A stretch of 64,000 nt of DNA, from contig NC_086097.1 of NCBI RefSeq assembly GCF_963921235.1, positions 234,424,001 to 234,488,000 on the forward strand. Reading direction: 5' to 3'. The translations under genes and the position numbers were made by a program. The notes beneath the pieces were generated by a model. It ran no database searches, was not told where the DNA came from, and worked only from the letters and a program-made list of their open reading frames with translations. This DNA comes from Mobula hypostoma (taxonomy: Eukaryota). Positions 1 to 11,249 of this stretch are shown in pieces. Positions within the stretch are counted from its first letter, which is position 1. Each line of letters opens with the position of its first letter.

Positions 1-40
1 ATGGTCATATCATAAGACATGGCACATAACGGATGAATGA
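1..40 (+). mobile_element. 3' tail of RTE-related non-autonomous element (continues off window)
   Basis: gacatggcacataacggatgaatga matches the 3' end of the copy at 46181-46508 (gacatggcacataatgataatgatgaa). Confidence 0.45.
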
Positions 41-399
41 TTGCTGATGGCCGACTGAAGTTTAGAGCTGCCTGCTGTAGTTGTTCTGGCCTCAAAAGCT
101 TACAGGAGGGCTTCTTGATAGACCATGGCTTTTTGTGCAGAGGTTATGGTCCCAATTATCAGATAAGAAAATGCCGTTTTAGTGTACTAAAGGCAAGGTT
201 CAATTTCCTCACTGGTGTTTGGCTTCATTAAGATATGGCTCCTAACATAATGATCTTAATGAGGAAAAGTCCACACTTTCCAGAGTCTTGTCATGGACCA
301 TTAGTGAAGTGCAGGATGGTGACAAATCTTTGTTTTGTGGATATTAACTGTAAGGCCTATTCTTCTGGTACTTTTTTTTAATTTTCCCCTTCCCTTGCC

Positions 400-712
400 T
401 GTCCTTCTATTCCCTTCTCTAGTATTTTATCTCTTCTTCTCACCTGCCTATCACCTCCCATTGGTGCCCCTCCCTTCCCTTTCCCCTCTGGTCCACTCTC
501 TTCTCCGGTCCTTTGCCTTTCCCACCCATGTGGCTTCACCTATCATCATCTACCTATCCTCTTTCAACGCCCCCCACCTTTTTATTGAGGTGTCTTCCAT
601 CTTCCTTTCCAGTCCCGATGAAGGGTCCAGGTCTGAAATGTCAACTCTTCATTCAGTTCCATAGATGCCGCCTGACCTTCTGATTTTCTCCAGCCTTTTG
701 TGTGCGTTGCTC
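400..712 (+). mobile_element. Degenerate non-coding Penelope-type (pLTR-like) element with decayed hammerhead
   Basis: Pyrimidine-rich body, then agtc-CCGATGA-agggtccaggtct-GAAA-tgtc-aact (611-646) and the catagatgccgcctgacc...ccagc...tgtgtg tail shared with 5224-6011. Confidence 0.7.
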
Positions 713-1029
713 TATTTTCTGAGATACTCCACTGGGTGATTTTACTTGGAGCTTATGCTGCGAATGCACGCAAACACAAGTAATGTCAGTGTGGTGCAGT
801 TAGTCTACTGAGGTTGCAGTGAGTTTGGTTCTGAGGTGGAGGTGTCGCGGATTAACCTGTTTCCCACTGGGCGGTTACCTCCTCTGCAGCAGGATGCTAC
901 TTATAGATGAGGTGCAACATTAATGTGAAGGGCTGACTGATAATGCAGACTTGATAATATTATCTAAAATGAGGCCTGCTGTTAAGATCATCTTTCTGTC
1001 ATTTCAGGCAAAGTTCACGTCATCATTGA

Positions 1030-1505
1030 GCACGCTTACATGGAGCACATCAGAAGAAAGCAAAAAAGCAGCTCCTGTAATTAAATACTGCACCCCCTCC
1101 CAACCATCCAGGCTATGCTTTCTTCTTACTATTACCATCCGGAAGGGGGTACGGAAGCGCAAGGTCCCATACCATCTGGTTCAGTTATAACCCTGTCACC
1201 ATCAGGCTCGAGAACCAGTGTGGATAACTTCACCTCGCTATAACTCTGAGCTGATTCTATAACCTGCATTCTCAATTTCAACAACTCTTTACAATTCATA
1301 TTCTTAGTATTTTTTTCATTTATTTACACAACCTGTTTTCTTTTGCACATTGGTTATCTGTCAGATTTTGTATATGTATATTTATTCATAAATTCTGTTG
1401 TATTTCTTATATTCCTGGAAATGCCTGCAACAAAATGAATCTAAGATAATATATGGTAACGCACATGGACTTTGATAATAAATTTAACTTTGACTTTTAC
1501 TTTGA
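1030..1505 (+). mobile_element. Rex1/Babar LINE 3' fragment
   Basis: HPG(Y)A-F-LLPSG-type coding remnant followed by the family 3' tail ending aataaattt..actttgactttt. Confidence 0.7.
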
Positions 1506-1654
1506 TCATGTAACAAGTGTCAACTGAGGGAAACATTTGTGCATACAGAGATGCAACAGATTTCTTTTTGATTTTCAGTCAATGGCACTTAGTGTTTATA
1601 GGGGGTGTGTTTAGTGCATGATACTGCTACCTGCATTTCTCCTAGAGTTAGTCA

Positions 1655-2030
1655 AAAGTTCAAAGGTTAAAGTAAATTTATTATCAAAGAACTTACTGTA
1701 TATGTCACTATATACTACCCGGAGATTAGTTTTCTTGTGTGCATTCAAAGTGCAAAAAAAATAGAATCAATAAAAAAACACACACAACTAGGACAAACAA
1801 ATAAACAATGTGCAATATAAATAAGTAATTAAGCAATGATTTGTGGAAACAGCTTAGTGTTGGGATGAGTAGTTATCCCCTATGGTTCAACAGCCTGATG
1901 TTTGAGGGGAAATAACTGTTCCTGAACTGGGTTGTGTGCGACCTGAGGCTCCTGTACCTTTTTCCTGATGCCGGCAGTAAGAAGAGAGCATTGTTTGGAT
2001 GGTGATGGTCCTTGATGCTGGATGCTGCAA
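1655..2030 (-). mobile_element. Rex1/Babar LINE 3' fragment
   Basis: ORF 1873-2208 C-terminus AASSIKDHHHPNNALFLLPASGKRYRSLRSHTTQFRNSYFPSNIRLLN; tail aagttcaaaggttaaagtaaatttattatcaaag. Confidence 0.75.
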
Positions 2031-2579
2031 GGTGAAGGACTTGTCTGTTATCTCCTTTATGAGCAATTTCCGTACAGTAATCCTGAGAGGAAATGGACGA
2101 GAAGGATTCTGGCAATGTTCTTATATGACCGACAGATCTGCAGTTACGCAACTGGATTTGCTCCTGTTTCTTGGCCCTGAATATGACATTGATGAGCTGT
2201 CCTGGCACATTCCTCTCCTCCTGAGTGTGGGAAATGAAGTCATAAATTTGTGATTGGTCCGCTAAGCTGCAGAACTACACCCAGTGGTATTCTCTGTTTC
2301 CGAAACCTATGTTGTTTTCCATTTGGCATATGGCCTTTTCAACTGCGAGAATTTCTGTGGGTTTATTAACATCTTTCTCCTTCTAAAGGTCAAACACCTG
2401 TTATTTCTCTCAGGCCAGCCAAATGAAATGTTAAACATCTTGAATACCTTGGCAATGGGACGTGAAGTGAAGTTTCCTGACCAATGAACAGTGTATTTTT
2501 GACTTGGATACTCACCAGCTTTCCTGTCTGTTTATCTTCAAGTAATGGCATTTGAAATAACCTGGTTCACTAACCAGGT

Positions 2580-2877
2580 GATAAGCACATCTTCAAGGAG
2601 AGCAGCATCCATCACCAAGGACCCTCATCATCAAGGCCATGCTGTCAGGAAGAAGGTACAGGAGCCTCAATAGCAGCACCACCAGGTTCAGGAACAGTTA
2701 TTACCCCTCAACCATCAGGCTATGGTATCACTCAACATCAGTCGTCCATTACTGGATTCACTTTCAAGGACCTTTCTTCTCATGTTCTCAATATTTATTG
2801 CTTATGTATTTGTTCATTATTATTATTAGTTTTCTTTTGGTATTTGCACAGTTTATTGTCTTTTTCTCATTATCTGT
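2580..2877 (+). mobile_element. Rex1/Babar LINE 3' fragment, interrupted by CR1 (tail resumes at 3989-4092)
   Basis: SGRRYRSLNSSTTRFRNSYYPSTIRL; tail gaatgcccacaagaaaatgaatcagggttgtat...aataaatttgctttgaactttgaa continues after the CR1. Confidence 0.75.
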
Positions 2878-2880
2878 CCC

Positions 2881-3988
2881 GTTAGAAGCACACGGTATTG
2901 GGGGTATGATATTGATGTGGATAGAGAATTGGTTGGCAGACAGGAAGCAAAGAGTGGGAATAAATGGGACCTTTTCAGAATGGTAGGCAGTGACTAGTGG
3001 GGTACCGCAAGGCTCAGTGCTGGGACCCTAGTTGTTTACAATATATATTAAGGACTTAGACGAGGGAATTAAATGCAGCATCTTCAAGTTTGCAGATGAT
3101 ACGAAGCTGGGCGGCAGTGTTAGCTAGGAGGATGCTAAGAGGATGCAGGGTGACTTGGATAGGTTAGGTGAGTGGGCAAATTCATGGCAGATGCAAGTTA
3201 ATATGGATAAATGTGAGGTTATTCACTTTGGTGGCAAGAACAGGAAAACAGATTATTATCTGAATGGTGGCTGATTACGAAAAGGGGAGGTGCAACGAGA
3301 CCTGGGTGTCATTATACACCAGTCATTGAAAGTGGGCATGCAGGTACAGCAGGCGGTGAAAAAGGCGAATGGTATGCTGGCATGTATAGCGAGAGGATTC
3401 GAGTACAGGAGCAGGGAGGTACTACTGCAGTTGTACAAGACCTTGGTGAGACCACACCTGGAGTATTGTGTGCAGTTTTGGTCTCCTAGTCTGAGGAAAG
3501 ACATTCTTGCCATAAAGGGAGTACAAAAAAGGTTCACTAGATTGATTCCTGGGATAGCAGGGCTTTCATATAATGAAAGAGTGGATCGACTAGGCTTATA
3601 CTCTCAGGAATATAGAAGATTGAGGGGGGGATCTTATCGAAACGTATAAAATTCTAAAGGGATTGGACAGGCTAGATGCAGGAAGATTGTTCCTGATGTG
3701 GGGGATGTCCAGAACGAGGGGTCACAGTTTGAGGATAAAGGGGAAGCCTTTTAGGACCGAGATGAGGAAAAACTTCTTCACACAGAGAGTGGTGAATCTG
3801 TGGAATTCTCTGCCATAGGAAACAGTTGAGGCCAGTTCATTGGCTATATTTAAGAGGGAGTTAGATATTGCCCTTGTGGCTAAAGAGTTCAGGGGGTATG
3901 GAGAGAAAGCAGGTACAGGGTTCTGAGTTGGATGATCAGCCATGATCATACTGAATGGCGGTGCAGGCTCCCATTTTCTATGTTTCTA
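2881..3988 (+). mobile_element. CR1 LINE, 5'-truncated (RT C-terminus and 3' UTR), inactivated
   Basis: WIENWLADRKQRVGING, SGVPQGSVLG, KFADDTKLGG, LVRPHLEYCVQFWSP; in-frame stops; tttctatgtttcta tail. Confidence 0.95.
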
Positions 3989-4149
3989 AGACTTTCATTG
4001 ACTGTATTGTGAATGCCCACAAGAAAATGAATCAGGGTTGTATTGGGTGACATATAGGTACTTCAAAAATAAATTTGCTTTGAACTTTGAACGTCATTGC
4101 AAATAAACTGACTCTTAACTGTTGGTCTTTGCTGAACTTTTACAGAGGC

Positions 4150-4480
4150 AGGTGCAAAAAAAGAGCCCGAAGGATCATTGGGGACCAAATCACCTCAACC
4201 ACAAACTGTTCCAGCTGCTACCATCTGGGAAACGGTACCACAGGATAAAAGCCAGGACCAACAGGCTCCAGAACAGCTTCTTCCACCAGGCCATCAGACT
4301 GATTAATTCACACTGATACAATTGTATGTCTATGTTATATTGACTGTCCTGTTGTACATGCTATTTATACAAATTACTATAGATTGCACATTGCACATTT
4401 AGATGGAGATGTAGCATAAAGATTTTTACTCCTCATGTATTTGAGGGATGTAAGAAATAAAGACAATTCAAGTCAATTCA
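4150..4480 (+). mobile_element. Rex1/Babar LINE 3' fragment
   Basis: HKLFQLLPSGKRYHRIKARTNRLQNSFFHQAIRLIN; aataaagacaattcaagtcaattcaa tail. Confidence 0.75.
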
Positions 4481-4584
4481 ACTTTTCTTGCTCTTTCCAG
4501 GCCGGCATTCAGCCACCTTGACAGTGTGTCTGACATTCTCAAAGAACATTAAACATGAGGCTACTTGTGAACTGCCCCAACAAT

Positions 4585-5068
4585 CATAGAGTCATAGAGA
4601 CATGTAGCACTACAGCATAGAAACAGGCCCATCGGCCCATTTAATCCATGCTAAACTATTATTCTGTCTAGTCCCATTGACCTGCTCCTGAACCATAGTC
4701 TCCAATCCCCTCCTATCCATATATTATCCAATTACTCTTAAATGTTGAAATTGAATCTCACCCACCACTTCCACTGGTAGCTTGTTCCATACTCCCTCTA
4801 CCCTCTGATTGAATACATTCCTCTTCCTGTTTTCCTTAAATATCTCACTAATTACCCTTAGCTCATGATCTCTAGTTTGAGTCTCACCCAATCTCAGTGG
4901 CAAAAATCTGTTTGCATTTGCCCTATCTAAAGTCATAATTTATATATCTCTCTCTCAAGTCTCCCCTCTCCTATGCACCAGGGAATTAAATCCAAACCTA
5001 TTCAAATTTTCTCGATAACTCAGGTCTTCAAATCCCGGCAACATCCTTGTAAATTTTCTCTGTACTCC
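4585..5068 (-). mobile_element. CR1 LINE 3' fragment
   Basis: ORF 4724-4936 TRDHELRV...FNQRVEGVWNKLP; catagagtcatagag tail. Confidence 0.85.
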
Positions 5069-5318
5069 TTTAATTAAGAGACAGAGTGATTTTGTTTGGA
5101 TAGAGATGAAGACCATTGGTGCCTGAGTAACTTCTTCTCATTCACTCTGAGAAAGAAGGAAAGCTGGTAATTTAAAATAACCACCAATGATTTTTTATTT
5201 ATAAACTAGCTTGTACTGTACAACACGAGGAATTCTGAAGATGCTGGAAATTCAAGCAACACACATCAAAGTTGCTGGTGAACGCAGCAGGCCAGGCAGC
5301 ATCTCTAGGAAGAGGTAC

Positions 5319-5354
5319 AGTCGACGTTTCGGGCCGAGACCCTTCGTCAGGACT
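5319..5354 (-). ncRNA. Minimal type I hammerhead ribozyme, core intact
   Basis: Minus strand reads AGTC-CTGACGA-A-GGGT-CTCG-GCCC-GAAAC-GTC-GACT: stem I AGTC/GACT, CUGANGA, stem II, GAAA, self-complementary ACGT in place of stem III, GUC cleavage triplet. Confidence 0.8.
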
Positions 5355-5909
5355 AACTGAAGGAAGAGCTAGTAAGAGATTTGAAAGTGGAAGGGGGAGG
5401 GGGAGATCCAAAATGATAGGAGAAGACAGGAGGGGGAGGGATGGAGCCAAGAGTTGGACAGTTGATTGACAAAAGGGATACGAGAGGATCATGGGACAGG
5501 AGGCCTAGGGAGAAAGAAAAGGGGGAGGGGGGGGGCAAGCCCAGAGGATGGGCAAGGAGTGTATTGAGAGGGACAGAGGGAAAAAAAGGAGAGAGAGAAA
5601 AAGAATGTGTGTATATAAATAAATAATGGATGAGAGTTATATATTTATATGCACACACATTCTTTTTCTCTCTCTCTCCTTTTTCTCCCTCTGTCCCTCT
5701 CACTATACTCCTTGCCCATCCTCTGGGTTTTCCCCCCTCCCCCTTTTCTTTCTCCCTAGGCCTCCTGTCCCATGATCCTCTCGTATCCCTTTTGCCAATC
5801 AACTGTCCAACTCTTGGCTCCATCCCTCCCCCTCCTGTCTTCTCCTATCATTTTGGATCTCCCCCTCCCCCTCCCACTTTCAAATCTCTTACTAGCTCTT
5901 CCTTCAGTT

Positions 5910-5945
5910 AGTCCTGACGAAGGGTCTCGGCCCAAAACGTCGACT
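5910..5945 (+). ncRNA. Minimal type I hammerhead ribozyme, G12A variant (predicted inactive)
   Basis: AGTC-CTGACGA-AGGGTCTCGGCCC-AAAAC-GTC-GACT; differs from 5319-5354 only by GAAA->AAAA. Confidence 0.75.
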
Positions 5946-6384
5946 GTACCTCTTCCTAGAGATGCTGCCTGGCCTGCTGCGTTCACCAGCAACTTTGATG
6001 TGTGTTGCTTGTACTGCACAAAATAGCTTTTGTCACAACTATTTTTCTTCTATACACAGCCTTTGGAAGCTTCTGCAATAAAATTTTACGGTAGCACACA
6101 CAGAGTATGCTATAATTCTTAATGTGATACCAATCAAAGTGATGTCTATTACAACTCTGGTATAGTGGGTTAGCAATTGCAAAAGGAAGGAAGCGGGGAG
6201 TTGGGTGTAAGCCAGATGGAGAAGCGATTGTTCTTTGATACTTCTGAATTGGTCCTTGCCCCAATGTGTTGGGAAGAGGATTTGTAACAGCAGTTTTAAA
6301 TGCATCACACTGTCTAAAGAAAAAATATATAAAATATGCCCCATTATCTAGCCTTCCTTCAAAAGCTGGGGAAGATGAACATTG

Positions 6385-6895
6385 AATCGCAAACAAAGCT
6401 ATTGTAAAAGCAAAAGAAAGGGCATACAACAAAGCAAAAATTGGTGGGAAGATAGAGTATTGGGAAGTTTTTAAAAACCTACAGGGAGCAACTAAAAAGA
6501 TCATTAGAAGGGAAAAGATGAAATATGAAAGCAAGCTCACAAATAATATCAAAGTGGATAGTAGAAGTTTTTTCAAGTACTGCATGTCAAAGATGAAAGA
6601 GAAATGAGAGTGGATATAGGACCGCTAGAAAATGAGGCAGGAGAAATAATAACGGGGTCAAGGAGATGGCTGATGAACTAAGTAGTATTTTGCTTCAGTC
6701 TTCACTGTGGAAGACACTAGCAGTATGCCTGACGCTGTGTGTGATGGAAGAGAAATGGGTGCAGTTTCTATTACAAGAGAGAAGGTTCTCAAAAAGGAGA
6801 AAGACCAAAAGGTACACCAGTCACCCAGACCAGAAAAACTGCACCCTAGGGTTCTGAAAGAGGTAGTGTTAGAATTGTGGAGGCATAAGAAATGA
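6385..6895 (+). mobile_element. CR1 LINE internal ORF2 fragment (between EN and RT)
   Basis: EMADEL...SVFTVED...SPRPEKLHPRVLKEV. Confidence 0.8.
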
Positions 6896-7742
6896 TAGAA
6901 ACATAGAAAACCTTCAGCACAATACAGGCTCTTCGGCCCACAAATCTGAGCCGAACATATCTGAGGCTTACCCATAGCCCTCTATTCGTCTAAGCTCCAT
7001 GTATCCATCCAGGAGTCTCTTAATCACCGCTGCCAGCAGCCCATTCCATGCAGTCACTACTCCCTGAGTAAAAAACTTACCCATGACATCTCCTCTATAC
7101 CTACTTCCAAGCACCTTAAAACTATGCTATCTCATGCTAGCTATTTCAGGCCTAGGAAAAAGCCTCTGACTATCCACACGATCAATGCCTCTCATTATCT
7201 TGTACAGCTCTATCAGGTCGCCTCTCATCCTCCACCACTCCAAGGAGAAAAGGCTAAGTTCATTCAACCTATTCTCATAAGGCATGCTCCCCAATCCAGG
7301 CAACATCCTTGTAAGTCTCCTTTGCATCCTTTCTATGGTTTCCTCGTCCCTCCTTTAGTGAGGCGACTAGAATTGAGCACAGTATTCGAAGTGGGGTCTA
7401 ACCAGCTTCCTATATAGTTACCTCTCGTCTCTTAAACTCAATCCTATGATTGATGAAGGCCAATGCACCGTATGCCTTCTTAAACATAGAGTCAGCTTAT
7501 GGACTCTGACTCCAAGATCCCTCTGATCCTCCACACTGCCAAGAATCTTGCAATTAATGCTATATTCTGCCATCATATTTGACCTACCAAAATGAACCAC
7601 CTCACACTTACCTGGGTTGAACTCCATCTGCCACTTCTCAGCCCAGTTTTGCATCCTATCGATGTCCCGCTGTAACCTCTGACAGCCCTCCATACTATCC
7701 ACAACACCTCCAACCTTTATGTCAGCAGCAAACTTACTAACT
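6896..7742 (-). mobile_element. CR1 LINE 3' fragment
   Basis: GCQRLQRDIDRMQNWAEKWQMEFNPGKCEVVHFG; MQRRLTRMLPGL; atagaaacatagaaaa tail. Confidence 0.92.
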
Positions 7743-7895
7743 CCCTCCCCACCAGCATTTTGAGAATACCTTCACTCTGAGGACTGCAATGGTTGAAGAA
7801 GATGACTCACCAATATCTTCTCAAGGGCAAGTTGGAAAGGGAATAAACATTGGCTTTGCCAGTGATGCCCAGTTCCTCAAAATGAATTTAAAAAT
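7742..7895 (+). mobile_element. 3' end of an ancient non-LTR element; related pieces at ~8300-8520 and ~9600-9815
   Basis: ctccctccccaccagca...ctcaagggcaag...aataaacattggctttgccagtgatgccca...atgaatttaaaaa resembles an old LINE/SINE tail; family not assigned. Confidence 0.45.
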
Positions 7896-8659
7896 AGAAC
7901 TTACTTGAAGGGCTAGAGTTAAAAAAAAAACTTTTTGATATGTTGGCTTACTTCTTTACTTTCCTACATTGTCAGTGTTTGTATTCAACGTGCTGCCAAG
8001 TTGACTGAAATCCCACTGTCGATCAGCTTTTCAGAAATTTCCTGTGCTAATTTATTTTGAATTGCTGAGTAGATTGTAAGATCATTTATAAATTGGCTGT
8101 CTTACTCACAGTCTGTTGAAACTCAAATTCTAGTAATATCTTTATCTCAAGCCGTATATGTTATGTTTCACATTGTATGTTATGTCCTTCTGAATGCTAC
8201 TAATGAGAACTTATATCTGTAAAATGGATTCAACTTAGAAGAAAACACTTCAAATTTCTTCACAGAAGTAAACTAAGAAAAGCAGACAGAGTTATGTTAT
8301 TGCATTAATGGTGCCAAGACCAATATCCTGTGGTTCACTATTGATCAAAAACTTAACTGGAACCAACTACATGGATACTTGTAGCTACAAAAGAAGGTCT
8401 GACTCTGGGTATGAGGTGGCAAGTGACTAACCTTCCGACTCTCCAAAGTTTTTCTATAATTCATGAGCATGATAGAAAACCTCCCACTTACTTGCATAAA
8501 TACAGCCAGTAACTCTCAAAAGGATGAAAAAATGCAAGATAAGCAATCCATTCAACTGGAATCCCATCTGCAGCCATTTACCTACGAAACTCCCATCACC
8601 TGTATATTACCAAAGACAAAATACTTTTAAGTAGCACATTAAATTTTCTTCAGCAGCAA

Positions 8660-9590
8660 CCCTGTCTCCCTTTCTCTTCACCATTTACACCTTGGACTTC
8701 AACTACTTCACAGAGTCTTGTCATCTTCAGAAGTTTTCTGATGACTCTGCCATAGTTGGATGCATCAGCAAGGGGGATGAGGCTGAGTACAGGGCTACGG
8801 TAGGAAACTTTGTCACATGGTGTGAGCAGAATTATCTGCAGCTTAATGTGAAAAAGACTAAGGAGCTGGTGGTAGACCTGAGGAGATCCAAGGTCCCAGT
8901 GACCCCTGTTTCCAACCAGGGGGTCAGTGTGGACATGGTGGAGGATTACAAATACCTGGGGATATGAATTGACAATAAACTTGTCTGGTCAAAGAACACT
9001 GAGGCTGTCTACAAGAAGGGTCAGAGCCATCTCTATTTCCTGAAGAGACTGAGGTCCTTTAACATCTGCCGGACGATGCTGAGAATGTTCTACGAGTCTG
9101 TGGTGGCCAGTGCTATCATGTTTGCTGTTGTGTGCTGGGGCAGCAGGCTGAGGGTAGCAGACACCAACCGAATCAACAAATTCATTCGTAAGGCCAGTGA
9201 TGTTGTAGGGATGGAACTGGACTCTCTCACGGTGGTGTCTGAAAGAGGATGCTGTCCAAGTTGCATGCCATCTTGGACAATGTCTCCCATCCACTACATA
9301 ATGTACCGGTTGGGCACAGGAGTACATTCAACCAGAGACTCATTCCTCCGAGATGCAGCACAGAGCGTCATAGGAAGTCATTCCTGCCTGTGGCCATCAA
9401 ACTTTATAACTCCTCCCTTGGAGGGTCAGACACCCTGAGCCAATAGGCTGGTCCTGGACTTGTTTCCTGGCATAATTTACTTTTTACTATTTAACTATTT
9501 ATGGTTTATTACTATTTATTATTTATGGTGCAACTGTAACGAAAACCAATTTCCCCCAGGATCAATAAAGTATGACTATGATTATGACTA
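8660..9590 (+). mobile_element. REX1-type LINE, 5'-truncated (RT C-terminus and tail)
   Basis: LQKFSDDSAIVGCISKGDEAEYRATVGNFVTWCEQNYLQLNVKKTKELVVD; YKYLGI; tail gatcaataaagtatgactatgattatgact. Confidence 0.93.
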
Positions 9591-10162
9591 ATTCCACCAT
9601 CCACTCCAACAACAAACATGACTACAATTTTCTTGAAGGAAAAGGGACCAGGTGGATGGCAATGCCATTATCTCCGGAAGTATTTTTCTGCATTATTTAC
9701 CAGCTTGATTAGGAATCATATGGTCAGTCTTTCATGAGGCCAAAATTTAGGAACTCCCAGTCTACAGCACTGGAAAGGCTTTCTTCAGAAGGATTCCCAA
9801 TGGTTCAAGGAGATGCTGACCTTGTGGGTGACAGCAACATCTCTTCTTTCCGTATGATATCAGTGACATAGCTAAAGTCAGTTCTTCCACTTGCTTTAGC
9901 TCTCAACAGGCAATTTGCTGTCATGCTGCTTGTACAGTTAATCTGAAATCAGCTTTGAAATATTTGCCTTTAATTAGTCTGTTGCAAGGCATCTGTTTTC
10001 GTATTTTCACGAATAAACCAATTAGTACATTCAATTACCTTTTTTCCAAGGTGAAAATTATATTTGATCATGCATTCTAATTACAGTTGGATAGCCAGAA
10101 TATGAAAATAGAAATAAAATAAGGCAGGCATAGATGAAACTAAGAAAGAAAAATATCTAACT

Positions 10163-10306
10163 ACAAAAGATTCTGCAAATTCTGGGAATTAGAGCAATGC
10201 ACACACAAATTGTTGGAGAAATTCAATGGGTCAGGTAGCACTTACAGAGAGGAATAGACATTTAGACATTTAATGTCTCAGGCTAAGACCCTTCATCAGG
10301 ACTAGA
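10163..10306 (-). mobile_element. Degenerate Penelope-type hammerhead element
   Basis: Minus strand tagtc-CTGATGA-agggtcttagcct-GAGAC..., followed by the family tail (ctgacccattgaatttctccaac...tgtgtg...ttcccagaatttgcagaatc). Confidence 0.7.
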
Positions 10307-11249
10307 GAAAGAACAATGATTGTCACAAATTACAGCAAAGAGAATCATTTGAACAATGTTGGATCCTACTGTTTAAACATACTTGCCTAAAATTTCTATT
10401 GTGCCTATGTCATATTGTGTGCCGACAATGACTTAAACTCAGAGTGGAAGAACGGCAAACTCCAATGTAGAAACAGAAGCAGGAGCTTATACTTTGGAAT
10501 TCCAACCAAACATCAATAGCTCGACTGAGCAACACTGCAAGACAAACCATTCTCAAAACAAACACCCTGTGATAAACACTAATTGGGAGTCCACTTTAAA
10601 TAATTGCAGAACATGGAAAACCTGTGCCGGTCCAAATAAACTTGTCAAGATTAAACAGAAAGCTCAAGGGCTTGACAACTCTAGTTAAGACAACAATCGA
10701 CAAATACAGGTGTTCTAGAATCATCGGAGTTCAATGCTCTACGGTTAGCTGCACAGGCCCAAAGGGCTCATGACAGCGTATTCTTGTGCAACAGAGCGTT
10801 TTTTATATATAAAGCTGTGCTCAATGGGTAGCCTGGAACAAACTGGCAAAATTAGACAAATCTTGTGTATAACAACCTTAGAATGGTTATCCCAAGAAAA
10901 AGCTTTTCACTGTACAGTACCTCAGTACATGAGACGCTAATGAAACTAATTTACCAATTTGCATGTTAACAGGAAGAATCTGAGTAGTGGCAAGGCAATT
11001 GGCAAAATCCATTGTCAAATGGACTTGGCTGTATCTGTTTACAATTTGCCATGTCCAGAAATGAAAATCTTCAAGATGGAAAATTTTGAAAAATAGTCAT
11101 GTCCTTGCCAGACATATCATGCTGATTTGACCAACAGTGTATGGTGAAGAAGATATTCTTTATGTCGCAGTCTCATCTCTCTTAGTGAGCTACAACTTAC
11201 CAAAAACCACAGAGTGGTTGTAGCAAACCACTGAAGTATTTGAAGTAAG

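Larger units (their letters stand above)
5224..6011. mobile_element. Young head-to-head inverted pair of a hammerhead-bearing Penelope-type non-coding element (~370-bp arms, ~20-bp spacer)
   Basis: 5253-5621 is the near-exact reverse complement of 5642-6011; flanked by gcttgtactgtacaa (5209-5223) and gcttgtactgcacaa (6007-6021). Confidence 0.9.

Noticed and set aside
5199..6026. Six ORFs in mirrored pairs on both strands
   Set aside because: Artefact of the palindrome and its purine/pyrimidine skew; no protein motifs
5983..6585. 200-aa minus-strand ORF with hydrophobic N-terminus
   Set aside because: The N-terminal part is antisense to a purine-rich CR1 fragment; no splice or domain support
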